A DNA stretch of 64,000 nt from Candidatus Marinacidobacterales bacterium (GTDB taxonomy: Bacteria > Acidobacteriota > Vicinamibacteria > Marinacidobacterales > SMYC01): assembly GCA_965224085.1 (NCBI GenBank), contig CBDCYI010000011.1, positions 352,001 through 416,000 of the forward strand, in the 5' to 3' direction. Both the position numbers and the translations under genes were made by a program. This document shows, in pieces, positions 1 to 10,955 of this stretch. Under the pieces are notes generated by a model that saw only the letters and a program-made list of their open reading frames with translations, did no database searches and was not told where the DNA came from. Every line of letters begins with the position of its first letter. The first letter of the stretch is position 1.

Positions 1-2
1 CC

Positions 3-524
3 CTACGATGCGGGCTTCGTCCGCTCGTCGTGGAGCGTTCGTTCGACAACGACTGCCATCCGCTCGATTTGTCACGAAAGCACCGTATTCATCGGGATCG
101 GGATCGCCCGTGGATCAGCGTTTATGGCGGCAAATTGACCGGCTGTGCGGAATTGGCCCGACAGGTGTGCGAGCGGTTGGGCCCGGCGTCGCGCGATCGG
201 CCCTGGGTCGACGCGGGGCTCGCGCCGGAGGTGACGCCTGCAGACTGGGTCCGCTTCCCCGGTGTAAGCTCCGAGTTGCCATCGGCGCGTTGGTGTGTCG
301 AGGAGGAAATGTGCTGGACGTTGGAAGACTATCTGCGGCGCCGCACGAACATCGCACAGTGGGTTCCGCGAGGCGGACTCGGCCGCGACAACGAGAACGT
401 GCCCCTTTTGACGCATCTCGCTCGCTCTTTCGAGAACGGGGCGGTCGGCGCCGCCGAGGCGGGAGTTGCTTCCTACTGTCGCAAGATCGAAAGAGAGTTC
501 GACAGTGTCCTTGCTCGTTGTTGA
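3..524 (+). CDS. FAD-dependent glycerol-3-phosphate dehydrogenase/oxidase-like protein, C-terminal part (runs off window start)
   Basis: Motifs GLRPL, LSRKHRI, SVYGGKLT and EMCWTLEDYLRRRT typical of the GlpD C-terminus. Confidence 0.75.
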   Translation, partial: LRCGLRPLVVERSFDNDCHPLDLSRKHRIHRDRDRPWISVYGGKLTGCAELARQVCERLGPASRDRPWVDAGLAPEVTPADWVRFPGVSSELPSARWCVEEEMCWTLEDYLRRRTNIAQWVPRGGLGRDNENVPLLTHLARSFENGAVGAAEAGVASYCRKIEREFDSVLARC

Positions 525-539
525 CCCGAGGCGCGTGAA

Positions 540-1853
540 ATGGACAGGGACAGTAAAGCAAGCCGGCCAGCGCTTCTAGGGGGAGCCAAGGCGGTCACTC
601 TCGATGCCACGGAGGCGAACCGTTGGCCGATTCTAACGGAGGAAGACGAGGCCGCCGTGTGTGAGGTTCTTCGGGACGGAGACATTTCACTTCATCCTGT
701 TACCCGCACACTCGAGGAGGACTATCGCAATTTCCTGGGCGTGCGTCATGCCCTCGCGCACTGCAATGGCACCGCGGCGCTTTTCGCCGCGTTTTTTGCC
801 CTAGATCTCAGGCCCGGTGACGAGGTGCTCGTTCCGTCCGCGACTTTTTGGGCTTCCGTCGTTCCGATGTTGTGGCTGGACGCGATTCCGGTGTTTTGCG
901 AAAGTGAGCCACAACGGCTCGGGTTGGATCCTGAGGATGTCGAGCGAAAAATCACGCCGCGAACGCGCGCGATAGTCGTCGTCCACCTTTGGGGAATGCC
1001 GTGCAAGATGACGCGACTCCTCGAGATCGCCGAGCAGCATGATCTCAAGGTGATCGAAGACGCTTCCCACGCGCTCGGAGCGTCGTGGCGGGAGCGTCGA
1101 TGCGGCTCGCTCTGGGAAATTTCTGTCATCAGCCTTCAGGGCGACAAGCTCGCCCCGGCCGGCGAAGGGGGCATGTTCCTCACGGATCACGACGAGTACA
1201 TGGAGCGCGCTAGCACCCTTGGCGACATCATGCGTATTCTGGAGCTCGAGGGGCCGGCCCAGCGTTTCGCGGGAACGAGTTTCGGCGTGAAGACGCGTAT
1301 GGCGCCTTTGTCGGCGGCCGTCGCTCGCACTCAGCTTCGCCGGCTTCCCGAACGCAACGCCCGAAGGAACCGAAACCTTATTTATCTCTCCGACAGATTG
1401 GAGCACCTGGGATTCGACACCTTCCTCCCCCCACCCCACATCGAACGCGTCTACTTCGAATACATCATTCGCTATGACGCCGAGCGATGGGGTATGCCCG
1501 CGCAAATGCTGGTCAACGCGCTGCGAGCCGAAGGATGCGAGGTGGCTTTGCCGCGTTATCCTTTGCTACACCAGCAGCCCCTGTTCACCGAAGGTCACTT
1601 CTCTCGCATCGCTAGACTCGAGGGGCACCCTGAGATCCAGCGACCAGAATATCGCGCGGACGCTTTGCCGCAAACCGAAGCGATGAGTCTGAAACTGGTA
1701 ACTCTTCCGACGTTCCCGTTTGGCGAGACCGAGCTGCTGGATCAATATGTCGAGGCGTTCGAGAAAACCTTGAAGCACGCCGATGCGTTGACGAACGGAG
1801 CGAAGAGCTCGGCCGGCGACTGGGCGACGTCTCCAAAACCCCCAGGAAACTGA
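540..1853 (+). CDS. DegT/DnrJ/EryC1/StrS family PLP-dependent aminotransferase
   Basis: NGTAAL, GDEVLVPSATF, VVHLWG, IEDASHA and SLQGDK (PLP lysine) followed by GEGG. Confidence 0.9.
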   Translation: MDRDSKASRPALLGGAKAVTLDATEANRWPILTEEDEAAVCEVLRDGDISLHPVTRTLEEDYRNFLGVRHALAHCNGTAALFAAFFALDLRPGDEVLVPSATFWASVVPMLWLDAIPVFCESEPQRLGLDPEDVERKITPRTRAIVVVHLWGMPCKMTRLLEIAEQHDLKVIEDASHALGASWRERRCGSLWEISVISLQGDKLAPAGEGGMFLTDHDEYMERASTLGDIMRILELEGPAQRFAGTSFGVKTRMAPLSAAVARTQLRRLPERNARRNRNLIYLSDRLEHLGFDTFLPPPHIERVYFEYIIRYDAERWGMPAQMLVNALRAEGCEVALPRYPLLHQQPLFTEGHFSRIARLEGHPEIQRPEYRADALPQTEAMSLKLVTLPTFPFGETELLDQYVEAFEKTLKHADALTNGAKSSAGDWATSPKPPGN

Positions 1854-2234
1854 GTGCGTCGGCAACGAATATGGATGGCGAACATCACCGGCCGTCTCCA
1901 TCGGAGACGTGGCAACTTGCTCCGACCGGGAGAAGGGCTCACGTCCGGAAGACGTGTCGGCCGCCAGTGAGACTGCCGTCTACAATCTCGCGATGCACCT
2001 CAACCCGCTGATTCCCGAGCGGACTGTTGGATAGAGCGGGGATTCTAATTATCGCAGCTCACCTTCGCAAAGTGGCGGTCAATCCATTCGATTCGATCAC
2101 TTGTGAGATCTCGTCGATGTTTCCCATTGGGCGAGAGTAACATAGGATTCCGCTACAAATGACGAAGGCGAAACGCTTTATCGAGCTCGATGAGCTCAGC
2201 TCGCTCGCCACTGGCGCTTGGATTCTCGGCGCGG

Positions 2235-2512
2235 GTGGCACAAAGCGACTTCGCCACTTGCCCACCGTGTCCTCATGGTGCGCATCTTCCTCGCGACCTC
2301 CGAATTCGTCAGTCCCGACGCGCAATGCAGCACGATTCTGGCCCGAAATGCTTGGTGCGGCGACGCCCGTCTGCGGCGAGTCAGTCGCTCAAGCGCTTTG
2401 GTTTCTTCAGAGGTCGGCTTCAACTCAGCCAATTGCCGCCCGTTGGGTTTCATGCACTTAGCCAATCACAACTGGACATGGTATGTCTACCTTTTTTGTT
2501 CCAGGGGACTAG
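2235..2512 (-). mobile_element. IS630-family remnant (N-terminal HTH fragment, frameshifted)
   Basis: LERLTRRRRASPHQAFRARIVLHCASGLTNSEVAR, then TVGKWRSRF in another frame; probable terminus ending CTAG at 2509-2512. Confidence 0.7.
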
Positions 2513-2717
2513 AAATGACGATTGACGCCACGCTTCGCCATACCGCGGAAGACCAATGGCTAACGGTCGAGGTCCTGCGAAGCGTCGACGGCTCATTCGA
2601 GGAGCGCTACGAGTCCACGGCCACGCGCGTTCGCTAGGACGTTCCCACCGAGCTCGTGTGCGCGAGGCTGCCGTCGGCGAAGGCTTTGGGCTCGAATACA
2701 AAGCCTTCGAATCTCGG

Positions 2718-3128
2718 CTACGATAGGCGCTTCAGGGCTGTCGCTGGCGCCACCGCTTCCACCGGCGCCTTCGCGTAGTCGCGTAGGTTTCTCGTCGCTA
2801 TGAGATCGGCGCTGCAGGCTACCGCGGCAGCGACCTGCATCGCATCCTCGAAATCCCTCATGTCGAGCTCACCAGCGAAACGCAAGCTTTCCGTTGTCGT
2901 TTCCGACACGCGGATGAACTTCGCCAGGTCCAGAAGAAAGGTTCGAGCGCTGGTCTTCCCCCGACTCGGTGCCACGAGGTAGTAGAAGTTTGCGATCGAA
3001 TGCCAAGCAATGAAACCCGTTCCGGGCCGGCGCTCCATCGCATCCACGAGCGCCGACGCGGACTCGGCATGAGGCTTTCGATCGAGCGCGATGTCTACAA
3101 GGACATCGGTGTCCAGAAGAATCTTCAA
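2718..3128 (-). CDS. PIN-domain (VapC-like) toxin
   Basis: ILLDTDVLVD...DFEDAMQVAAA...IATRNLRDY; 4-nt overlap with the upstream antitoxin. Confidence 0.9.
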   Translation of the reverse strand: MKILLDTDVLVDIALDRKPHAESASALVDAMERRPGTGFIAWHSIANFYYLVAPSRGKTSARTFLLDLAKFIRVSETTTESLRFAGELDMRDFEDAMQVAAAVACSADLIATRNLRDYAKAPVEAVAPATALKRLS

Positions 3129-3346
3129 GAGTACTTCTGCGAGAGATGACGGTATCGCTCGTCTCGCCGCTCGGAAGCACGTAGCTTGCCCCTCCAGCGT
3201 TCTGAGAACGAGGGTGATTCGGCTGCACTCATCTCACGCAGCGCCTGCTCGATGAGCTGCGATAGCGAAACCCCAAGGGACCTCGCATGTTCCTTCGCTT
3301 TGGGGAGCAGTTCCTCGTCGATGGTCACCGTTAGCTTCGTTTTCAT
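3125..3346 (-). CDS. Ribbon-helix-helix antitoxin (DUF6364-like)
   Basis: 73 aa MKTKLTVTIDEELLPKAKEHARSLGVSLSQLIE directly upstream of the PIN gene. Confidence 0.85.
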   Translation of the reverse strand: MKTKLTVTIDEELLPKAKEHARSLGVSLSQLIEQALREMSAAESPSFSERWRGKLRASERRDERYRHLSQKYS

Positions 3347-3364
3347 TGGCCCCAGCCGCCTTTC

Positions 3365-3394
3365 GTATACGTATTCTAGCACGGAGTATACGTA
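3365..3394 (-). promoter_or_regulatory. TA promoter (extended -10 TGcTAGAAT) flanked by two GTATACGTA boxes
   Basis: Identical 9-mers at 3365-3373 and 3386-3394, 21 bp apart, around the -10 at 3373-3378. Confidence 0.55.
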
Positions 3395-3699
3395 CTTTGA
3401 CGACTCGAGCCTCGACGAAGCAAGTGCGCTGGTGGACGCGAGCCGAAAAAAACGGCGCGAGCCGTGGCGTGGCCTCGAAGATGTCGAGTTCGCCACTCTG
3501 TGATTCGGTGCGTTGGTGCAACACGCAACGCGTGTCTTAGCCGCTCGGAAACATCCCTCCGGTCGAGTACGAGATGAACTACTATCGGTCCCAGGACATC
3601 GATCGAGATGGCAGGACTCACGCCGCTCGAGGTCCGTGCGGCGACGCTCCATCCCGCGCAGGCTCTGCACGAGCCGAAGGGCGAACCGATTTCAATTCG

Positions 3700-3953
3700 G
3701 TGTCGTGCGCACGGGGCTCTTGGCCGACCTCGCCATCGTTGACGAGAACCCGCTCGAAAACCTCAAGGTGCTGTACGGCACCGGTCACGTTCGGTTGAAC
3801 GAGGAAACGCAGAAACCGGAGCGGGTCGGCGGCATCAAGTACACCATCAAAGACGGCATAATTTATGACGCGACGCAGCTTCTTCGAGACGTCGAGCAGA
3901 TGGTGACCGAACAGAAGCGGGAACGGGGTATTACCGAGCTGCCGAGATACTGA
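3700..3953 (+). pseudogene. Amidohydrolase C-terminal fragment
   Basis: GLLADLAIVDENPLENLKVLYGTG...YTIKDG with no N-terminal barrel. Confidence 0.75.
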
Positions 3954-4112
3954 GACTGGAACTCCCGGCGACAAACGCAGTCGAGCCGCGCGCGAACGTT
4001 TGTGTCGGAAGTTGGGCTCGGCTCGATGTTGATCCACGTACGAAGCAAAACGCACGAAACCGGCTGACTGGGACGTTGGTCACTTCCCGTTTAGAATGAC
4101 CGATCTGAGGAG

Positions 4113-5468
4113 GTGTGCTTGATCTCACTAGCGCTGATACTCTCGACGCTCCTGTCGCAGGACGCGGCCGACAACAAGACAAAGGCTTTTGCGCGGGTCG
4201 ACGCTTCGTCCGAGCAACACCTTGCATTTCTGCAGAAGCTCATCCGAACCGGCGAGCGCGGAGAGGAGGCGGTGCAAGCCGTCGTGGAGCAGCGTTTCCG
4301 GGATCTCGGGTGCGACGTCGAGGTCGTCCGTGTGCTGCCGAGCTCGCTTCGGCTCGAGAAGGAGTTCGCCTCCGGGGCGATGATCGACGAAACGGAGCGC
4401 ATCAGTGTCGTGGGGGTGTGCCGCGGCACCGGAGGCGGTAGGAGCGTTCTGTTCTTCGCGCACCCGGACGGCATTCGGGTCGACCCCAGAGGTTGGACCA
4501 AGCCTCTGTTCGAGGGGGTGGTTGAGAACGGCCGTCTCTACGGCTGGGCCATTGCCGACGATTTGGCTGGAGTCGCTCTCATGGCGGCCGCCATGGCGGC
4601 CATCCGGGGGGCGGGCGTTCAGCTGCGCGGAGACGTCATTCTCGCGAGCACGGCGAGCAAGCGCAACGGTCGGGGCATTTTGGCAGTTCTGCGCAAAGGC
4701 TATCGCGCGGACGCCGCAGTCTACCTACACCCCGCAGAGTCAGGCGGGGGGCTAGGCGAGATCAAGTCGCTGACGTCCGGCTTGTTGCGTTTCCAGGTGA
4801 GGGTTACAGGCAAGGCGCCGGAAACGACCGAGCCGGGACATACGGCATTCGCCCATCGCGCCTCCCCCGCGACGCGGTCGGCTCGGCTCATCATGCGCGC
4901 TCTCGAAGAGCTCGACGACGAGCGCGCCTCTCGCCTGCACCACCCACGACTCGACGAGCAAGTCGGCCGCTCCACCAACCTTCTCATCGCCGACGTGTCG
5001 TGCGGCAACGCCGCGGCGCTCAGCCGCGTTCCCGTCGAGTGCATCATCGGGGCGACGCTCACCTTTTCTCCCGGCGAAGCGCTCGAATCCGTTCAACGGG
5101 AGGTCGAGACCGCGATCGAAGACGCGGCCCAACACGACCCGCACCTACGGGGTCAACCTCCGCGGGTCGAATGGCTCTTCGGCACGCCTGGCGTCGAGGT
5201 CCCAACGAGCGATCCTCTCTATCGGACGGTCAGCGGCGCCATCGAGGCCGTCACCGGGACGGCACCCATCCCCTATGCCCTTCACTCGGGGAGCGACATC
5301 CGCAACCCCATCAATATTAACGGCACCCCGGCCGTGGGGTTCGGGCCGCTCGCGGGAGGTCTGACGCACTCGGGGCTCACCGACGAATGGATCGACCTCG
5401 ACGACTACCGCCGAGCGATGAAAGCCGTCGTCGCCATCATGGTGGACTGGACCCGCGAAGACCCGTGA
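4113..5468 (+). CDS. Secreted M20/ArgE-DapE family metallohydrolase with atypical active site
   Basis: Signal peptide; FAHPD, GRLYGWAIADD, SGSD, GFGP...DEW; SKR where DEE is expected. Confidence 0.8.
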   Translation: MCLISLALILSTLLSQDAADNKTKAFARVDASSEQHLAFLQKLIRTGERGEEAVQAVVEQRFRDLGCDVEVVRVLPSSLRLEKEFASGAMIDETERISVVGVCRGTGGGRSVLFFAHPDGIRVDPRGWTKPLFEGVVENGRLYGWAIADDLAGVALMAAAMAAIRGAGVQLRGDVILASTASKRNGRGILAVLRKGYRADAAVYLHPAESGGGLGEIKSLTSGLLRFQVRVTGKAPETTEPGHTAFAHRASPATRSARLIMRALEELDDERASRLHHPRLDEQVGRSTNLLIADVSCGNAAALSRVPVECIIGATLTFSPGEALESVQREVETAIEDAAQHDPHLRGQPPRVEWLFGTPGVEVPTSDPLYRTVSGAIEAVTGTAPIPYALHSGSDIRNPININGTPAVGFGPLAGGLTHSGLTDEWIDLDDYRRAMKAVVAIMVDWTREDP

Positions 5469-5650
5469 CGTTCAGTGGATCATCGGCATCCCAATAATGG
5501 GAATGAACGCGGTGCTACTGAATGCCCCGCTCAGACCCCATCGTCCTATTTTCGAACCATCGCACTAGCTTCGTTTTCGCAACAGGTCGGGAGCCATTTC
5601 CGACCGATGCGTCGTCTCGACTGAATAGAAGCGCCTATCGTTAGGCCAGT

Positions 5651-6325
5651 TCAGCTGCCCGGTCGGATTTCTGCGACGATCCACCGAGGGGTCGGAGTCC
5701 GATTTAGCCTGGTGTCCATGAGCTCGTAACGTTGGAGAACGACGGTGTAGGTCTTGTTTTCCGAGCCTTCGTTGATTCTGACCTGTAGCGGTTTCTCCTT
5801 GATCTGGCCCTCGAAGCCCTCGCCAACCGGCGTGCGCAGCGAGAGCGTCGCAGCGTTCTTGAGCGTCTGGACATCAAGAGACAGTTGTTCGGCGTCGACA
5901 TCGAGTTGAGCCAGCAACCCTTGCCTCTCCTGTAACTGTTCGTGGAACGTCGCGAGCTCTCCCTGGAAAGGCGCGGACGGATCCTCGGCGTATTGGCGGG
6001 TATAGGCATCGTAGGTGTCGCGGTTGTCGCTGACGAAGTTCGTGTTTTGTTTTCTCTGAACGCGGATTTCATTTCGCATGTTGTCGAGCTCCGCCTCTAG
6101 CTCCGCGAGCTGGAATGGTCCTTCCGACTCGGTCCCTCGCTCGACGATTTCCCATGACTGCAGAGTACCGTCGAACGTGGCTAGCGAGACCAGCTCGACA
6201 CCCGCCTGGTCACCTTTTTGGACGGCACTGAAAAAAGCGCCCAGGGTCTGCGCTTCCGGATCGCCGCTGCCGCATGCGGAGAGAAGACCAGGAATCGCGA
6301 CGGTAAGAATGAAGATGCTTCGCAC
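5651..6325 (-). CDS. Hypothetical lipoprotein with central coiled coil
   Basis: Lipobox LLSAC, SD GGAGG upstream, heptad-like middle region. Confidence 0.7.
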   Translation of the reverse strand: MRSIFILTVAIPGLLSACGSGDPEAQTLGAFFSAVQKGDQAGVELVSLATFDGTLQSWEIVERGTESEGPFQLAELEAELDNMRNEIRVQRKQNTNFVSDNRDTYDAYTRQYAEDPSAPFQGELATFHEQLQERQGLLAQLDVDAEQLSLDVQTLKNAATLSLRTPVGEGFEGQIKEKPLQVRINEGSENKTYTVVLQRYELMDTRLNRTPTPRWIVAEIRPGS

Positions 6326-6719
6326 GGATACCTCCTTCGGAACGCACGGTACGGCTCTACCGCTGGTGACGGCTCAGGGTCCGATTCTTTAGCCCGAGGT
6401 CGCGCTTGTGGAAATTAGCCGTGCCCGCAATCGTCGTGGTGAGAAATATAGCTCCACTCGCGGGTCGGGGCAACTGTCGCCCGCCCGGAGGACTCGGTCG
6501 CCTCTCCGACGGATAGACGTGAGGAACGACCACCGAAGCGCGCTTTGGGACACGAAGTCGAGGTGTCGCTTCTATTGATTCATCCGGTGCGTCGCTATTG
6601 ATCTTTCTCGTCCGCGCGCGTCCTGCCGAAGAGCGAGATTCTCGAGCGCCAGTGAGCGGCGCGTTTCGAACGTCGAGACGAGGGAGCGCAGAAGCAACCA
6701 GATCATGAGGGGGATGCGC

Positions 6720-7700
6720 CGTTTTTGCCGAAAGCCTCGTCACCGTGACCTGGAGCGTTTCGGACGAGCTGAGCGGCATCGCCTCGGCGAGCGTGAGTGG
6801 TCAGCCCCTGAACTTCGATGCCGCCGGGGTCTTCACCGCGACCATCAATCTCATCGAGGGCAGAAACACTCTCGACGTCGAAGCCCTCGACGCCGCGGGA
6901 AACCGAGGCTCGGCGACCGTCGACAACGTCTATCTCGACCTCTCCCCAATCATCGTGATCACGTCGCCCGCCAATTCGAGTGTCGTGGACGTGGAGTCGG
7001 TGGATATCGAAAGCGTTGTAAGCGACGGTGTCGCCCTGGTGACCGTCGACGGGAACGCGGCACAGCTCGGGGCTGGAACCTTTACCGCGGCCGGCGTCAG
7101 CCTGGCAGAAGGGTTGAACGTTCTGACTGCCGTCGCCACCGACTCGCAGGGGAGACAGACCGAGGTGAGCATCCTTCTCTTGCGCGACCTCGTAGGCAGC
7201 GGCTCGGCCTTCGTCCTTGGCAGGTCCCGGCGACTGAGACTGAGTCGCATCGTCACCGACACAGCACTGCTTCCGGGTCAAACCGGCTGCTTCATCATGT
7301 TCACGCTCACCCCGCGAGCCGCCGTGGAGTCGGTCGATCTCGCGTTCAACTTCGAGAGTTTCGAAACCGATCGTCTCCTCGGGAAGGTTCAGCTCGACGG
7401 CCCCGTGAATCGTCGCGCGGACGCAGTCGGTGACCTCGAGCTAAACGGCCGGATGCGCAACAGCGGAGATCGGCTCACGTTTTTGAACGCGGTCGTGTAC
7501 TCCATTCTGAGTGGCGGTGGGCGTTCTCTCGGCTGTGGTATAGGTTTCGTTCAGGGGTCCACCGTTACTTTGGCAGACGGTATCACGACGGACACGGGCT
7601 TGAGCCCAGGGTAAAGCAGTCCCTTCACGGTCATAAGTCTCGCTCCGTTCACGGAGGTCTCTCGGACCACTCAATGGATCAGTTGGGCTGAGAACGATAC
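6720..7700 (+). pseudogene. Fragment of an Ig-like-repeat surface protein with FxLYD-like C-terminal domain
   Basis: Repeated L.EG.N.L.V.A.D.AG Ig-like units; no start or signal; in-frame TAA at 7612-7614 within LSPG*SSPFTV. Confidence 0.55.
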
Positions 7701-7909
7701 TCGAGCGCTGACGACATCGGGTCGCGCGCAGTCGAGCGGCGATCTCACCGCTTTCAAGGACTGGCGCGCTGAAGTTCAACAGACCCTGGCGAAGGGATAT
7801 CCGTTCCTCAGCCGCAAAGAGATGGCGCACACTTGGTCGATGCTCAAGCGTGAGACGAGGCGACTCGAGGCGGAAATGAGACCGTAGCCCGCTGCAACTG
7901 TCGACAGTA

Positions 7910-8594
7910 TTAACGCGCTCGAACCGGCTTCAAGTCGTTTGGGGACGGCGGCTCGTCTTGGAGCGTTTCCGCCACGCGTTCCATCTCCCGCATCGCGCGC
8001 AACAAGTTGAGCCCCGCGATCTTCTTGACATCCTCATCCGCATAGCCGCGCCTGAGCAGCTCCACCAATAGGTCGGGAAATTTCGTGATGTCCTCGAGGC
8101 CCTCGGCCATCGACGGTCCGCCGGCATCGTAGTAGTCGGAGCCGATACCCACGTGGTCGATGCCGGCAGTGTTCTTGATGTGCTCGATGTGGTCGGCCAC
8201 GTCGGCGATCGTTCCGCGCGGCGCTGGGTGCTCCGCGACCCAAGCTTGCAGACGCCGCGCCACATCTCGCTCATCGTCGAGCTCCCCTCGAAGCTCTTCG
8301 GCAAGCGCGTCCCGCCGCGCCGTCCAGACGGGCTCGTCCGCCGAGCGGCCCGCTTCGGGGCCGATCGCATCGCGCTCGGCTGGATTGGTCGGCACGACAT
8401 AGCCGGGGATGAAGTTCACCATGACCACGCCTCCATTTTCGGCAAGCCGTCGCAATACATCGTCCGGCACGTTCCTCGGGTGAACGTTCACGGACCTGGC
8501 GTTCGAATGCGAGAAAATCACGGGCGCCCGCGAGACGCGTAGCGCATCGTGCATCGTCTTCGCGCTGACATGCGAGAGGTCGGCGAACATACCT
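7910..8594 (-). pseudogene. M19 membrane dipeptidase, 5' part removed at an IS boundary
   Basis: [30 protein letters not shown]; reading frame cut at the IS end 8595. Confidence 0.85.
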
Positions 8595-9844
8595 TGTCCC
8601 TTCTACTTATTCATCCGCGCGCGTCGCGATGGTCTTTTTCGCCCACCGACGTCAGTATCCCGGCATGATTTGGTCGCTTCTCTGCTCGCTCATCTCAACT
8701 CTCAAAACCCGACGCTCGCTTGCCCTTGAGAATCTCGCTCTCCGGCAGCAGCTCGCCGTGCTCCAACGTTCGGTGAAACGACCGCAGTTGTCGAATGTGG
8801 ACCGTGGTTTCTGTGTGCTGTTGCGAAGATTCTGGACCGACTGGGCCAGGGTCCTCGTCATCGTGAAGCCCGAGACCGTTGTCCGGTGGCACCGCTCTGG
8901 GTTCAAACGCTACTGGACTTGGAAGAGCCGGAGGCGCCGGCCGGGTCGACCTCGCGTCGCTCCGGAAGTGCGCGAGCTGATCCGGGACATTTCCCGAGCC
9001 AATCCGCTGTGGGGAGCGCCACGCGTGCACGGCGAACTCACGAAGTTGGGCATAACCATTTCCCAGTCCGCCGTGTCCAAGTACATGACGCGGCCGCGAA
9101 AACCACCGTCTCAGGCGTGGCGGAGCTTTCTCGATAACCATGTCAAGGACTTGGTCTCCGTCGATTTCTTCACCTTGCCGACTGCCACGTTCAGGATTTT
9201 GTTCGTCTTCATCGTCCTTCGTCACGATCGCCGCCGTATCGTTCACTTCAACGTCACCGACCACCCTTCTGCTGAGTGGACGGCGCAGCAAGTCGTCGAC
9301 GCCTTTCCATGGGAAACCGCGCCTCGCTATTTGCTGCGGGACCGCGATGGCGTCTATGGTCCGTACTTCATCCGGCGCGTCGAAGGCCTCGGCATCGACG
9401 AGGTTCGGACGGCGCCGCGCTCGCCTTGGCAAAATCCGTACGTCGAAAGGGTGATTGGTAGCATTCGCCGCAAGTGTCTCGATCACGTGATCATTCTTGA
9501 CGAGCGACACCTCAGGCGAGTCCTACGAGAGTACGCCGACTACTATCATTCCTGCCGGACTCATTTGTCGCTCGGGAAGGACGCGCCTGAACCTCGTGCC
9601 GTTCATCCGCCGTCGATGGGCAAAGTGACCGCCGTACCAAAGATCGGCGGTCTCCATCATTATTATAGTCGTCTCGCTGCGTAAACATCTGCTTTTGAAG
9701 GCGGCGGCCTTCTTCCCAATTGCGCGTTGCCTCACGAGAGCTCCGATTCCGTGGCCGCGGCGGCAACGCGGTGGACGCGCCGGACAATCGCACCGAGAGT
9801 CGAGCAGAGCGAGCTGAGCGCGGATCAAGTTTATGGAAGGCACA
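8595..9844 (+). mobile_element. IS481-like / integrase-core (rve) insertion sequence; transposase at 8629-9684
   Basis: SVDFF, YLLRDRDG, PWQNPYVERVIG; imperfect TGT...ACA inverted repeats sharing CCTTC and ATCCGCGC; no target duplication. Confidence 0.85.
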
Positions 9845-10258
9845 ACGCCCTCGTCGAGGTCTTCCTTTAATAATGACAAGTGGAGTCGGGTGTGCTCGTT
9901 GTCGGTCGTAACGGACAAGCGTGCATCCATGGCATAGAGGTGGTCGTCGAGCCCTTCAACCTGGCGCATCCCGTAAGCCACACCGGCGGCAAGCCCGGAT
10001 TTGCCTTCGGGTTCGTCGAGTCGGCTCGCGCCAATGAGCGCCGTCAGCCACCGTCGCGGTGTTCGGGTCTATAGCGATGAAGGCGACGAGGCCTTCGTCG
10101 AGCTCGATGCGAAAGTCATCCGGGGCCGGTAGAACGAATCGGCTGTCGCCGAGCTCGATGACTTCGGGCGGCTCAAAGGGGATCGGATCGCGTTGGGCGT
10201 GGGCGCTCCATCCAGAAAGACTGACCCCAAGAGCGAGCAAAAAGATGCGGCCGCTCAT
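9845..10258 (-). pseudogene. M16 (insulinase) peptidase N-terminal fragment, frameshifted and cut by the IS
   Basis: Signal peptide, FEPPE, EGKSGLA...LHLSLLKEDLDEG, then IS end. Confidence 0.6.
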
Positions 10259-10955
10259 TGCAACGGCTTCCGTGTGGCGACGCCGACGATGCGGTTCGTT
10301 TTTGCGAGATATTTCTTCGCGGTCGCCTGTAACTCGCCGGCCGTCACTTCTTGAAGCGCGTCCATCTCGCGAAAGAGCGTTTGCCAGCTATCCATGATTG
10401 CGTAGTGCCCCATGTCGAAGGCGACGTCGTCCCAGTTCAACCGGCGCCGCTCCCAATAGGCGCGCCGGCGCTTCTTCGCGGCGCGGATGACGTCGTCAGC
10501 GATCCGCTCGGTCCGCAGACTCTCCATCGCGCCGATCATGGCCGGCTCCAGGGCTTCGAGGTTACTTCCATGCGCGACGACGTTGAGCGTGGCGGGGAAG
10601 CTGAACCGGTTCGTGTGGGTCACGACGGTGTTGGAGGCGAGGCTTGTAGCAAGGCCTTCACCCACCGTGGCCGCGCCAATCGGGCCGCGCGCGTCGCCGA
10701 GGATCTCACCGAGTAGCTCGACCGCGGGCCTGTCAGGATGACCGACGCCTGGGATGCGGTGACGGATGTCGAGGGCCGGCCCGAAATCGGGCGTCTGCAT
10801 CTCAACGCGCACGTAGTGGTCTGGGCGCGGTTCGACGGCGAACGTGTCGTGGGTCTCCTCGCTGCGCGGGATGCGGTCGAAATATTTTTTAGTGAGCCGC
10901 TCGGCTTGGGCATGGTCGAAGCGAGCAAGAAAAGCCCCAAGAATGCAAAGCTCAT
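10255..10955 (-). pseudogene. M16 peptidase with internal deletion (signal peptide joined out of frame to the C-terminal domain)
   Basis: MSFAFLGLFLLA at 10955, junction near 10920, then FDHAQAERLTKKYFDRIP...HPDRPAVELLGEILG...VTAGELQATAKKYL. Confidence 0.7.

Noticed and set aside
7560-7700. Stop-codon recoding (TAA at 7612, TAG at 20138)
   Set aside because: Both occur in already broken genes, and TAA and TAG serve as normal stops for intact genes in the window
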